From NCBI GenBank assembly GCA_965267575.1, contig OZ254086.1:1440001-1504000 (forward strand): a stretch of DNA of 64,000 bases. The letters are read 5' to 3'. Numbering within the stretch: position 1 is the stretch's first letter; each line of letters opens with the position of its first letter. This stretch comes from Calditrichales bacterium. GTDB taxonomy: Bacteria > Calditrichota > Calditrichia > Calditrichales > J004. Both the position numbers and the translations under genes were made by a program. This document shows, piece after piece, positions 31,006 through 41,102 of this stretch. Below the pieces are notes generated by a model that saw nothing but the letters and a program-made list of their open reading frames with translations, did no database searches and had not been told where the DNA came from.

Positions 31006-32391
31006 ATGCGTAAGGAAAAGGATGCTTTGGGTCCGGTAATGGTACCGGAGGACAAATACTTTGGAGCGCAGACACAGCGTGCTTCTGATAATTTTAAAAT
31101 CGGTGCGGAGTATTTTCCGAAAGAAATGATACGTGCCCACGCCACAGTTAAAAAAGCGGCGGCACGTGTCAACAGTGCCATCAGCGGCCTTGACAAGAAA
31201 ATCGCCGAAACAATTGAAAAAGCGGCCGATGAAGTGATTGAGGGCAAACTGGATGATCACTTCCCGCTGGTGATCTGGCAAAGCGGCAGCGCGACGCAAT
31301 TTAACATGAACGTCAACGAGGTGATTGCCAACCGCGCCATCAAGATGCTGGGCGGGCAGATGGGCACCAAATCACCGGTGCACCCCAACGATCATGTGAA
31401 TATGTCGCAATCCACCAACGACACGATTCCCACAAGCATGCACGTGGCCACGGTAATCGCCCTGAAGGAAAAACTGCTGCCGGCCGTGAAATACCTGAAG
31501 GAAGGTCTGGACAAAAAAGTAAAGCAGTTTGACGGCATCGTGAAAATTGGGCGCACGCATCTGCAGGACGCCACGCCGCTGACACTGGCACAGGAATTTT
31601 CCGGGTACGCCGCGCAACTGGAACAAGCCTATGAAGCCATCGAAAACACGCTGGATCATTTATACGAACTGGCCATAGGCGGCACAGCCGTTGGCAGCGG
31701 CCTGAATACCAAAGTGGGCTACGACAAAAAAATGGCCGAAGAGATCAGCACAATTACCGGGCACCCGTTTAAAGCGGGCCGTAATAAATTTGCCGGTCTG
31801 GCCGCCCATGATGCCATCGTGGAAACTTCCGGCGCGCTGAAAACGCTGGCCGCGGCGATGATGAAGATTGCCAATGATATCCGCTGGCTTGGCAGCGGAC
31901 CCCGTTCCGGTCTGGGCGAGCTAAACCTGCCGGCCAATGAACCAGGCAGCTCGATCATGCCGGGCAAGGTGAATCCCACGCAGTGCGAAATGGTGACACA
32001 GGTGGCCTGCCAGGTTTTTGGCAATGACACCACCATCGCCATGGCTGGGTCACAAGGCAATTTTGAACTGAACGTGTTCAAGCCGCTAATGGCCTACAAT
32101 ATCATTCAATCGATTAATATTTTGGCCGATGCCTGTAATTCGTTCCAGGATAAGGCGATCGAAGGGCTGGAAGCCAATATGAAGAATATCAACGAGCATC
32201 TTAAAAACTCGTTGATGCTGGTGACCGCGCTAAACCGCCACATCGGTTACGACAAGGCCGCGGAAATCGCCCTTAAAGCCTGGCGCGAAGACAAGACCTT
32301 ACGCGAGGCAGCGCTGGAGCTGAAATATCTAACCGAAGATGAATTTGAAAAGTGGGTCAAACCGGAAGAGATGACCGGCCCGTCGAAGTAG
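31006..32391 (+). CDS. fumC: Class II fumarate hydratase
   Basis: [30 protein letters not shown]. Confidence 0.96.
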   Translation: MRKEKDALGPVMVPEDKYFGAQTQRASDNFKIGAEYFPKEMIRAHATVKKAAARVNSAISGLDKKIAETIEKAADEVIEGKLDDHFPLVIWQSGSATQFNMNVNEVIANRAIKMLGGQMGTKSPVHPNDHVNMSQSTNDTIPTSMHVATVIALKEKLLPAVKYLKEGLDKKVKQFDGIVKIGRTHLQDATPLTLAQEFSGYAAQLEQAYEAIENTLDHLYELAIGGTAVGSGLNTKVGYDKKMAEEISTITGHPFKAGRNKFAGLAAHDAIVETSGALKTLAAAMMKIANDIRWLGSGPRSGLGELNLPANEPGSSIMPGKVNPTQCEMVTQVACQVFGNDTTIAMAGSQGNFELNVFKPLMAYNIIQSINILADACNSFQDKAIEGLEANMKNINEHLKNSLMLVTALNRHIGYDKAAEIALKAWREDKTLREAALELKYLTEDEFEKWVKPEEMTGPSK

Positions 32392-32399
32392 AAAAATTT

Positions 32400-32425
32400 A
32401 AGGCCGTCGAAAGGCGGCCTTTTTT
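32400..32425 (+). terminator. Intrinsic terminator after fumC
   Basis: AAGGCCGTC-GAAA-GGCGGCCTT then T-run. Confidence 0.85.
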
Positions 32426-32524
32426 GTTGAATTATTGGATTTTTTAATTGTTGAATTATTGCGTTTTAAAAAGCGGGCCACTTAGCTCAACAATTCATTA
32501 ATTCAATAATTTACCGATTCAACG
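32424..32524. repeat. Inverted pair of imperfect 8-bp tandem arrays
   Basis: TTGTTGAA TTATTGGA TTTTTTAA TTGTTGAA TTATTG facing TCAACAAT TCATTAAT TCAATAAT TTACCGAT TCAACG. Confidence 0.7.
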
Positions 32525-32529
32525 CCCTT

Positions 32530-33186
32530 TTACCTTCGTCCCAACTCGAAAAGTTTTACCAAGAGCAAGCCTGCTACGAAACCTCCCAAATGCGCGTACC
32601 AGGCAACACCGCCGGTCATGGCGTTACCATATTCCAGAAATACATTCAGCAATTGATAGGCAAACCACAGCCCCAGCGCAATCATTGCCGGAACGCGGAT
32701 AATGCGGATTATAATGAAGAAAAAGAAAAGCAGCGTCACACGGTTGCGCGGGTATTTAACCAAATAGCCGCCAAGCACGCCGGAGATGGCGCCGCTGGCT
32801 CCAACCATCGGGACGGTTGATTCCGGGAACGCCACCACCTGTATCAGTGCGGCACAAATGCCCACGGCCAGGTAAAACAAAAGATAGCGCACGTGGCCCA
32901 GCGCGTATTCTATATTGTCGCCAAAGATCCACAGGTAGAGCATGTTGCCGCCCAGGTGCCAGATATCTCCGTGAAGAAACATGGAACTGATCAGCGCGCT
33001 GTAGCCCATCAAAAAGCGGCTTTCTTCGCCCAGTGTGGAGGGAACAAGGCCGTAAGTGTTAAAGAAGCTCTGCAGCATCGCCCGCTCAGCCGGTTGTTGA
33101 AAAAAGGCAAAAATGTTCAGGGCCAAAAGCAGGTAATTTACAAACGGCAGAAAGCGCTTTGGGCTTTGATCAGCTATGGGGATCAT
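32530..33186 (-). CDS. Rhomboid intramembrane serine protease
   Basis: MFLHG..HLGGNM, VGASGA, AHLGG. Confidence 0.93.
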   Translation of the reverse strand: MIPIADQSPKRFLPFVNYLLLALNIFAFFQQPAERAMLQSFFNTYGLVPSTLGEESRFLMGYSALISSMFLHGDIWHLGGNMLYLWIFGDNIEYALGHVRYLLFYLAVGICAALIQVVAFPESTVPMVGASGAISGVLGGYLVKYPRNRVTLLFFFFIIIRIIRVPAMIALGLWFAYQLLNVFLEYGNAMTGGVAWYAHLGGFVAGLLLVKLFELGRR

Positions 33187-35381
33187 GGCGTCACGCGGAT
33201 AGTGTAGGTTTTTTCCAGGCGGTTGCCGCTGCGGTCCTGAACTTCAATGTGCAGGGAGTGTGAACCGGGCTCCAGCACAAAATGCGGCGTGGCGCTGACG
33301 ATATCACGCTCCGGGTCCCACTCAGAAACCACAAACCTGTCATTGATCGTAATGCGGATATCGCGGTCGCCGTTAAACCCGGACAAACCATCTTTAACGG
33401 CAAAGCGGATGTTACCCACATTACGAACAGGTTTGAGAAGCTGCGTGGAAAGCAGGCGGATATCCGGCTTTGCCGTATCAGCGGCGATTATATAGCGGCC
33501 AAAGGAGCGAATGCGTGTTTCTATAAAGCCGTTTTGCCTGCTTCCCCCATCGAATGAAAGCTTGCCGTCCGAGGAAGCGCGATAGATAGCTGCTTGTTTA
33601 TGAAACGTGCTGTCCCCCAGGCGCAGGCGTAACGTAAACGACTCCCGCAACAACCTGTCCGTTGGCCGAATATCATAAAGCAGTCCGTTTACCGGGGCTT
33701 CCCAGTCAATGCCTTCGGAAGATTGCTCATTTATGGCGATAAACATTGTATCGTAGACGCTGCCGGCCGGCCACTCCAGACGCAGTGAGCCGTCAAAAAC
33801 ATCTGCCACGCCGCTGTGATCAGGGAAAACAAGACGGCTGTTTAAGAGCGTATCGGCCAGCACCTCTCCTGATTTTTCCAGAGATATACGCACAGGGCCA
33901 TCAACAGCCTGCGACGCGGGAAGAAAGCCGTAAAGGTCCGGGTATGATCCCTCGATGGCCGCTTCCCGTTGCCCGCCAGCGCCGTGGAAAACCAGCTTAG
34001 CCTGTCCATCCCCGCTGAAACGATCGGTTTTTACATATATGTATTTGCCCCACAACAGCGGTTCAATAAAATGGGGTTCGCCGATTGTATTATTCAGCGT
34101 GGTGAGAACATCGCTTTCCCATCCGCTCTTATCCCTCGCCACAGCCTTCAGGAAGGGATCACCGGAATCACGCAGTTTAACTTTCAGCAGCGCGCTGCTT
34201 TCCTCTTTGCCGTGGTTCCAGTCGATAAACTCGTAGTAGTCCACCGGGTTAAGCTGGTTGGGGTCGCGGCCGGAGTAAAATTGCAGTCCGGCCATCTCCG
34301 CGGGCAGGCGCATGCGCAGATACGCGTTGCCATTAAGCTGCTCGCTTTGTTCAATTGCCAGTCTGCTCGACGGCGCCTTTGAGACAACTTTAAAGCGCAG
34401 GGTAGTATAATTGCCAAAGAAGTCGCCCACCTTTATCTCCACATATGAGCTGTCGCCGGAATAGGTGAGGATGCCGTCTGCCGGACTGGAAGCGTAAGCC
34501 AGCAAATCGGTTTCCGGCTCGCGATATAGCTTGGTATAGCGGCGGCCAGTGCGCGTTTTCCAGGGATAGAAAATATGGCGGTTGATCAGGTGCGTATGGG
34601 AAAAACGCATTTGGTCATAGCGCATACTGAAGCGTTCGTTACCGTTTACAGACATACTTAGGCTGTAAAAGCCCAGTTTGTTGTGAACCTCATTAGCCTG
34701 GTCATAACCCTCTATGGCAAAACCCAGCCGTCCATAAGCGTGGATCGGTTTATCCAGCGTAATCAAATTGTTGCGGCTTCGCGGCAGATCGATCTCCAAA
34801 GGCATCAGATCATTGTTTACGCGCGCCTTTTCGTTTAAAGGAATTACCAGCAGCTTTCGTAATTCCGGAGCCAGGTTATCTTTGATCTTTTCGTAAAACG
34901 CCAAAGGATTGAGTGGTCGGTTTTCACTGTCGCGAATTTCAAAATGGAGGTGCGGCACGCCGATGCCTGTTTGTCCGGTGTAGGCGATCACTTCGCCTTT
35001 TTTTACTTTAATCCCCGGCCACCAGTCAATGCTGTAGCGCTCCTCGGCGATCTGTCTTTCGCGAATGGCTTTTTCCAGTTCCGGAGTAAATTTTTGCAGG
35101 TGGGCGTAAACGGCCGTGCGACCGTCATTCAATTTCAGGTAGAGCACTTTGCCATAGCCAAACGGCGAAACGCGTATACGGCTAATCGTACCGTCCTCTA
35201 TGGCGTAGCAATCGTAGCCTTCGCGGTTCCACGTCTTAATGTCTATGGCGCTATGGAAGTGTCCCGAGCGGTATTCACAAAAACTGGAGGTCAGATAGTT
35301 GCTGGCATTCGTCGGCCATAAATAATTTTGCCCGAATGACCATTGGGCAACAAGCAGCAAAAGCAGAGCTGAAAACTTCAA
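33183..35381 (-). CDS. Secreted M23-family metallopeptidase with long C-terminal extension
   Basis: Signal peptide; HFHSAID (HxxxD), YAHL, PHLHFE (HxH). Confidence 0.88.
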   Translation of the reverse strand: MKFSALLLLLVAQWSFGQNYLWPTNASNYLTSSFCEYRSGHFHSAIDIKTWNREGYDCYAIEDGTISRIRVSPFGYGKVLYLKLNDGRTAVYAHLQKFTPELEKAIRERQIAEERYSIDWWPGIKVKKGEVIAYTGQTGIGVPHLHFEIRDSENRPLNPLAFYEKIKDNLAPELRKLLVIPLNEKARVNNDLMPLEIDLPRSRNNLITLDKPIHAYGRLGFAIEGYDQANEVHNKLGFYSLSMSVNGNERFSMRYDQMRFSHTHLINRHIFYPWKTRTGRRYTKLYREPETDLLAYASSPADGILTYSGDSSYVEIKVGDFFGNYTTLRFKVVSKAPSSRLAIEQSEQLNGNAYLRMRLPAEMAGLQFYSGRDPNQLNPVDYYEFIDWNHGKEESSALLKVKLRDSGDPFLKAVARDKSGWESDVLTTLNNTIGEPHFIEPLLWGKYIYVKTDRFSGDGQAKLVFHGAGGQREAAIEGSYPDLYGFLPASQAVDGPVRISLEKSGEVLADTLLNSRLVFPDHSGVADVFDGSLRLEWPAGSVYDTMFIAINEQSSEGIDWEAPVNGLLYDIRPTDRLLRESFTLRLRLGDSTFHKQAAIYRASSDGKLSFDGGSRQNGFIETRIRSFGRYIIAADTAKPDIRLLSTQLLKPVRNVGNIRFAVKDGLSGFNGDRDIRITINDRFVVSEWDPERDIVSATPHFVLEPGSHSLHIEVQDRSGNRLEKTYTIRVTP

Positions 35382-35451
35382 ATGAGATCCCGGTTTGTTT
35401 TAAATCAAACCGTAAATATATCAAAAGCGGAGAAATAGGTTCAACAGCGTT

Positions 35452-35805
35452 TTACGAAAGTATACTTTGGATACGTTTAACCAGATCCCCGAGTTTAAGC
35501 GGTTTATCTTCTACACCCTTTATTCCCAGCTTCTCTATCTGGTCTCTGTATTTATGCTGGTGAGCCGTTATTATAAGTATGGGAAAATCGGGATTATGCT
35601 CAAGGATCTTGCGGGAGAGCTGTAAACCGTTCATGCGCGGCATTTCCAGGTCAATCAAGGCCATGTCGGGTTTTGATGTAAGATATTTGTCCCAGCCATC
35701 AAGACCATCTTCGGCACTAACGCATTCGTAACCGCTAATTTCCAGAAATTCGCATATCAGAGTACGAACATCCTGTTCGTCATCAACAACAAGTACTTTT
35801 TCCAT
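35452..35805 (-). CDS. Single-domain response regulator
   Basis: VVDDE, IDLEMP, ITAH, DKP. Confidence 0.92.
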   Translation of the reverse strand: MEKVLVVDDEQDVRTLICEFLEISGYECVSAEDGLDGWDKYLTSKPDMALIDLEMPRMNGLQLSRKILEHNPDFPILIITAHQHKYRDQIEKLGIKGVEDKPLKLGDLVKRIQSILS

Positions 35806-35980
35806 GTCCTTATCTTTATATCTGATCCTTTTAAGATAGTCGACTTTAGTGACGCTAAAATGAGCCTTACCCGTTAAACAGTGTTAATTTTTTCACCGGG
35901 CTTTGAATCTAAGGTGTAATTTAGATAAAATTGAACGCCTGCTTTTGCTCAATCACTCAAAAAACCGGGAAAATAATAAA

Positions 35981-36910
35981 ATGCTTGATATTTTTAAGGT
36001 TGGACATTACAGCGATACGCAAAACGGAACAGGTTGTACGGTCATACTTCCCCCATCTGAAAACATTACTTCGGCCCATGCCATGGGAGCATCACCCGGC
36101 ACGCGTGAATACGCCCTTTTGTCTCCCAAAAGGAAGATCAGTACCATCCATGCGCTGGTGTTAACAGGCGGGAGCGCTTTTGGTTTATGTGCTGCCTGTG
36201 GCGTGATGGATGCTCTGGAGGCCCGTAAAACAGGCTATCAGACGCATTTTGGTGTAGTCCCGATCGTGCCCGCAGCCGTTGTTTTTGATTTGAATGTGGG
36301 CAATCCGCGCGTACGCCCGACCGCAGAAAACGGACGTGAGGCTTTGGAAAATTGTGCTTTTAATAATGACGCCGCCGGCTGTGTTGGCGCGGGAACCGGA
36401 ACAACCGTCGGCAAATGGAATGGTATGCCGAGTGCCATGAAAGGCGGCATAGGTATCGGGTATAGCGAATTTGGCTCCATCCGCGTTACGGCATTGATGG
36501 TCGTTAACGCTGTCGGGGATATTGTTGGCACACATGACCGGATAATCGCCGGAGCTTATGGCAAAGATGGTCAGTTTCTGGCCGAAAACGATCTCAAACG
36601 GCGTTGGAATCAACCGCAGGTAGGCCTTGCCGAAAGTACAGTACTCGGTGCCGTTATGACCAATTGCCGGTTGACCAAGCAGCAGGCCGCCTACGTGGCG
36701 CAGCGTGCGCATCTGGCCATCGCCCGGCACGTGGCCCCGTCTCATACACAGCATGATGGCGATATCGTATATGTGATGTCCGCCGGAAAAGAAGAAGCGC
36801 CACTAGAAACCGTAACCGAAGTGACAAAAGACGCCGTGGCCGCAGCCGTAGTTGACAGCGTTGAAAAAGCCCACAGCCTGCTGGGTATAAAAGCAAAGAA
36901 AGACCTATGA
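35981..36910 (+). CDS. Peptidase S58/P1 (DmpA-like) Ntn hydrolase
   Basis: TGCTV, PGTRE, LTGGSAFGL, VGAGTG, VNAVGD, HTQHDGD; start moved to ATG 35981. Confidence 0.88.
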   Translation: MLDIFKVGHYSDTQNGTGCTVILPPSENITSAHAMGASPGTREYALLSPKRKISTIHALVLTGGSAFGLCAACGVMDALEARKTGYQTHFGVVPIVPAAVVFDLNVGNPRVRPTAENGREALENCAFNNDAAGCVGAGTGTTVGKWNGMPSAMKGGIGIGYSEFGSIRVTALMVVNAVGDIVGTHDRIIAGAYGKDGQFLAENDLKRRWNQPQVGLAESTVLGAVMTNCRLTKQQAAYVAQRAHLAIARHVAPSHTQHDGDIVYVMSAGKEEAPLETVTEVTKDAVAAAVVDSVEKAHSLLGIKAKKDL

Positions 36911-37491
36911 ACATTTTTTTTCAGGTACTGCATTATTTCTCTATACAGGAAGTTTTCCTGGCGACCGTCATCTATTTTGGCGGCTACGCGCTGGCTCCCA
37001 CGGTATGCTACAAAAATATCCGCCTGTTAACCGGGTACCCGCTTTGGGTGCAATCGCGGCTGGAGCACTTTCTTAAAAAGAATAAATCCAACTGGCAGTT
37101 GTTTGCGGTGTTGCTGCTTACAAACTGTTTGCCTTTGCTGCTGGTGTTATTCAGCGCGCTTATTCCGGTGGTACCGTTTGTGCTGGCAGGTTGGCTGGGG
37201 CTTAAGCTGGGGATAATCGCCTACAAAACGCTGGAAGGTGAGATGTTCTTTTCTTCACTGATAAATCCGGTAGCTATTTTTGAGTTGCCGGCATTTTTTA
37301 TCACGCTGGCGCTGGCCTTCAACTTTAACCTGCAGCAGCTGGGGGTCGTAAGCCCGTTTGTAGTTGCACAGGTTACGTTTGGCCAGCACCTGGCAGGTTT
37401 TCTGCTTCTTGCGGTCCCGTTGCTCTCCTTTTCCGCCTTGCTGGAGCTGCTGGTTGTACGCCTTAACCAAAAAGCGGAGCAGGATCAGTAA
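36907..37491 (+). CDS. Membrane protein, SpoIIM-like
   Basis: Several TM helices, PVAIFELPA, LLSFSALLE. Confidence 0.55.
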   Translation: MNIFFQVLHYFSIQEVFLATVIYFGGYALAPTVCYKNIRLLTGYPLWVQSRLEHFLKKNKSNWQLFAVLLLTNCLPLLLVLFSALIPVVPFVLAGWLGLKLGIIAYKTLEGEMFFSSLINPVAIFELPAFFITLALAFNFNLQQLGVVSPFVVAQVTFGQHLAGFLLLAVPLLSFSALLELLVVRLNQKAEQDQ

Positions 37492-37494
37492 TTT

Positions 37495-37947
37495 TTATTC
37501 ATCAAGGATGTCGTCAATCCGCTTATTGTCTTCCACGCCCTCTTCGTTGAATTTATCGTATTTGCTGCCGTACCCCTTATCCTGGCGTATCTGGTTGAGC
37601 TTATTTTTTTTCATGTACAAATCTGTGAGTTTTGCCGGATCCAAACCAACCAATTGACACTTGCTGACCCAAAAATGAAGTTCATCGATCAGTTCCATGC
37701 GAATATGGTCCCAGTCGATTTCAGATTTATCCTTCCACCATTTCCAGGGCAGGTCGTCCTCCATTTCGATCGATTCATGGATTTGGGCGCGGTTGTAATT
37801 GAGCAGCCACTCCACGCGATGCTTTACGGTCTCCGGGCTCACATCTTCCTGGTTGCATATGTTATCGTAGTCCAGACCGTTGCGCTCCTTCAATATGCGC
37901 TTGTTCAACTCGTATTGCTTATCAAAAATAACTTTAAGCAAATCCAT
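37495..37947 (-). CDS. Dimeric all-alpha dUTPase family protein
   Basis: HESIE, PWKWWK, MELIDELHF, YMKKNKLNQIRQDKGY. Confidence 0.85.
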   Translation of the reverse strand: MDLLKVIFDKQYELNKRILKERNGLDYDNICNQEDVSPETVKHRVEWLLNYNRAQIHESIEMEDDLPWKWWKDKSEIDWDHIRMELIDELHFWVSKCQLVGLDPAKLTDLYMKKNKLNQIRQDKGYGSKYDKFNEEGVEDNKRIDDILDE

Positions 37948-37955
37948 GAAGCCTC

Positions 37956-39365
37956 CTAACTTTCAACGCGGATAAATAAAAAGCGCGTATCATTATTGCG
38001 CCTTATAAAAAAGCGGATATAGGTGTTTTCGTCCGTCTCATATTTTTTTAGCGATTGTTCCAGTTCATTGGGTGTGCTTATGCCGTCGCCGTTTACGCTC
38101 AGCAGCAGATCACCAATGCGCAGGCCGCCTAATCCCGCAGGGCCGGCACGTTCCACCCGCGATATCCAGACACCCTGTGTATCGAACGGCAGTTTCTTGG
38201 CCAGGATAATATCTTTTGTAAGTCGCTTTGCCGAAAAACCCAGACGGGAATTGCTGTATTCATCGGCGAGGGCCTGACTGATTGGTGTATCGCCCAGGGT
38301 CAGTTCTTTTGTCTTCAGCGCGTTGTCACGCCAGAATGTGATTTTGGCATCGGAGCTGGGCGCGTTGCGCACCAGATTGCGAAATACATCAAGGTCGGCA
38401 TTTTTTTCACTGCGCAGGGCAATACCGTTAAAATGCGTCAACACATCACCGGATTGCAGGCCGGCATCTTCCGCCGGCGAATCTTCTATCACCGTATTGA
38501 CCAGAACGCCCTGCACCTCCGGTGCGCCGAAGTATTCGGCCAGGTCCCGGGTAAAGGGCTGCATGTTGATGCCCAGCCACTTTTTAGCGTTACTGCGTTC
38601 TATGCTGTTGTTAGCGGTTTTGCTTTCAAAAACGGGCGGATTGTCGATAAACGGCTGTAGCCTGGTATAGGGCAGTATCTCCACAAAGCCCGGCGCCGTG
38701 CGGCTGAACTGCGGGATAAACATATCACCGTTGCCCCGTGGATTGTGCATAACACCTACCGGCAAACCCAGATCATTAAAAGCCAGCGCAAAAGCAATCG
38801 TGCCCTCGGACATATCTGAGAGCCAGCGCATGGGCGGCCCTTCGATAACGGCATTTATTTCCGCCTTTTTGAGCATCAGCTGGTTGTTATAATTATCGCC
38901 CAGAATCGATGTAAGCAGCAATACCGAGCCATAGTACAGGCTGTCCTGAACAAAGGAAACCGTTTCCCACGGTCCCTTTTGCTTCAGGCGGACAAAGGCA
39001 ACATGGTGGTCATCATCCTTGCCGACAAAATCGGCGGGATGCGACGAGCCGTCCTGAAAATAGACCTTTATATCGCTGGGTGGGCTGGAACGGCCAAAAA
39101 GAGACGCACCGGAAATGTCCAGCCGCGCGGAAAAAATCACCGGCGAGGTCAGTATCAGGCCGTCCTTTGTGACGACAACGCCGTTTACCGTGCGCCGGAT
39201 CTTACCGCTCTCCTCAACCGATTCCGGGGAATCGATCGACTCATAATATTCGATTTGCACCAGCGCGTTTTTGGACGTGGTGAGCGCCATCTGCCAGTTT
39301 GTCGTCTGGCCGGTTGCGGTTACAGCAAAGGCCGTAAGCAGGAAAATTAAGAAAATATGTTTCAT
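37956..39365 (-). CDS. HtrA/DegP-like protein with two PDZ domains, apparently catalytically inactive
   Basis: Trypsin-like start NGVVVTKDGLILT without the TNxH His; no GNSGG; WLGINMQ PDZ1 and a second PDZ. Confidence 0.75.
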   Translation of the reverse strand: MKHIFLIFLLTAFAVTATGQTTNWQMALTTSKNALVQIEYYESIDSPESVEESGKIRRTVNGVVVTKDGLILTSPVIFSARLDISGASLFGRSSPPSDIKVYFQDGSSHPADFVGKDDDHHVAFVRLKQKGPWETVSFVQDSLYYGSVLLLTSILGDNYNNQLMLKKAEINAVIEGPPMRWLSDMSEGTIAFALAFNDLGLPVGVMHNPRGNGDMFIPQFSRTAPGFVEILPYTRLQPFIDNPPVFESKTANNSIERSNAKKWLGINMQPFTRDLAEYFGAPEVQGVLVNTVIEDSPAEDAGLQSGDVLTHFNGIALRSEKNADLDVFRNLVRNAPSSDAKITFWRDNALKTKELTLGDTPISQALADEYSNSRLGFSAKRLTKDIILAKKLPFDTQGVWISRVERAGPAGLGGLRIGDLLLSVNGDGISTPNELEQSLKKYETDENTYIRFFIRRNNDTRFLFIRVES

Positions 39366-40693
39366 GGATTCTTTTTGATTAATGCGTAATAGTTTGACCT
39401 ACCGGATTGTAAGAAAAGCAGGTGTGATTCGTTTGCGGAAGAGGTCACATCGGCATACAGTTTTTTAAATTGTTCCAGATCGTCAATTTCGTTTTTATCT
39501 ATTGATAGAAGGATATCGCCGGGACTGACACCAGCGCGTGCCGCCAGACCGCCCATCTGGACGCCGGAAATGAGAACGCCTTCCTGCGAAGTAAGATTGA
39601 AATTACGGGCAATACGCGGCGTAATCTCCTGAACGGAAATCCCCCATTCGGGCCCGTTGAATTCCGTGCCGCGAAACTTGCCCTGGCGTTGTGTTTCCAA
39701 TTGCAATGCTATTTCGCGATTGTCCCGTACCACGGTACATTCGATTTCCGTACCCGGTTCAAAAGTGGAAATAAGCAATCTTATTTTAGGCAGCTCTTCT
39801 TCATAAAGGGCGTTAATCTTTTGCCCGTTCAGATGGGTGATCAAGTCGCCGGGTTTGAGGCCTGCGGCTTCCGCGGGAGAGCCATCTTCCACACCGGCCA
39901 CGAGTACGCCGCTCAATCCGGGCTTGCCGGTATAAATGCGGAACTCGCGTATCTCCTGCAGGGTCAGCCCCACCCAGGAGCGCTCAACCTCTCCTTTTTG
40001 TAGCAGCCGCTCCACCACGTCCATCACGATATCGGCCGGGATGGCAAAACCCAGGTTCTCGCCAAACAGAACGGCCCTTGCGTTGATGCCGATTATCCGC
40101 CCGTCAAGATCGACCAACGGACCACCGCTGTTGCCGGGATTGATGGCGGCATCGGTCTGAATCCAGAGATTAAATGGCGAGATCATTTCGCCCACATCGC
40201 TGAAATAGCGCTCCACCGAGCTGATGACACCCATGCTGAGCGAACGCGCCAGCCCCAGCGGCGAACCCAGCGCCAAAACGATCTGGCCCACTTCCAGATC
40301 TGCGCTGGAGCCAAAACGGGCCCATGGAACGCTGTCCAGACCAGCGGATTCCAGGTCCAGCTTAAGCACGGCCAGGTCGGTCCAGGGATCCAGCCCGACA
40401 ACTTCGGCATCCAGCTCCCTGCGTGATGAAAGCGTGCAGCGTACCTGGCTGGCTTGTTCGGCAACGTGGTTATTGGTCACAATATAGCCATCCGGACTAA
40501 TGATAACGCCGCTGCCGGTAACTTCCACGCGCTTCTTCTGGCCGGTGTCGTACAACTCCTTTACCGGTTGCAGGTGCACCAGCGCCGGAAAAACGGTCTT
40601 GCGCGCCTTGATGATCCTGTCTTCCAGGTCATCAGCTAAAGCATGGGCCGTAAGGACGGAAAAAATCAGAAAAAATATCATTGCGAATTTCAA
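39362..40693 (-). CDS. HtrA/DegP/DegQ serine protease with two PDZ domains
   Basis: GSGVII, TNNHV, DLAVLK, QTDAAINPGNSGGPL. Confidence 0.93.
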   Translation of the reverse strand: MKFAMIFFLIFSVLTAHALADDLEDRIIKARKTVFPALVHLQPVKELYDTGQKKRVEVTGSGVIISPDGYIVTNNHVAEQASQVRCTLSSRRELDAEVVGLDPWTDLAVLKLDLESAGLDSVPWARFGSSADLEVGQIVLALGSPLGLARSLSMGVISSVERYFSDVGEMISPFNLWIQTDAAINPGNSGGPLVDLDGRIIGINARAVLFGENLGFAIPADIVMDVVERLLQKGEVERSWVGLTLQEIREFRIYTGKPGLSGVLVAGVEDGSPAEAAGLKPGDLITHLNGQKINALYEEELPKIRLLISTFEPGTEIECTVVRDNREIALQLETQRQGKFRGTEFNGPEWGISVQEITPRIARNFNLTSQEGVLISGVQMGGLAARAGVSPGDILLSIDKNEIDDLEQFKKLYADVTSSANESHLLFLQSGRSNYYALIKKNP

Positions 40694-40698
40694 GCAGG

Positions 40699-41100
40699 TT
40701 ACTCCTTTTTTTCAGGGGCGGTAAGGCGGATTTCCTGGAGCACACGCAGACCGCGAAACTGCACGGTGAAATAGACGACCACCGCGACGATAAGCAGCAG
40801 CATGCGCCAGAAGTATGGCATAATAGATTGCCAATGCAGCCAGGTGATGACGATGATACCGATCAGAATAAGGGTGAGCAGGCCGGTCAGAAAATTGAGG
40901 CGGCGTACGTCAGCCGGGCCAACCACGTGGTTTTCCTTGAGCAGGCTGGCCATCACCATAAAGGCAATCTGGCTAAAAATAAGCGCCACGGTAAACTTGG
41001 TGGCCTGCAGCCAGTCGGTCATCTCAAAAAGAAAAAAGCTGACGATGAACACGATTACCGGCAGATAATTTTTTAATTGCTGGGATGATTGTTTTGACAT
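40699..41100 (-). CDS. Small four-TM hypothetical membrane protein
   Basis: Hydrophobic ORF tightly packed between neighbours in one operon. Confidence 0.65.
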   Translation of the reverse strand: MSKQSSQQLKNYLPVIVFIVSFFLFEMTDWLQATKFTVALIFSQIAFMVMASLLKENHVVGPADVRRLNFLTGLLTLILIGIIVITWLHWQSIMPYFWRMLLLIVAVVVYFTVQFRGLRVLQEIRLTAPEKKE

Positions 41101-41102
41101 GT

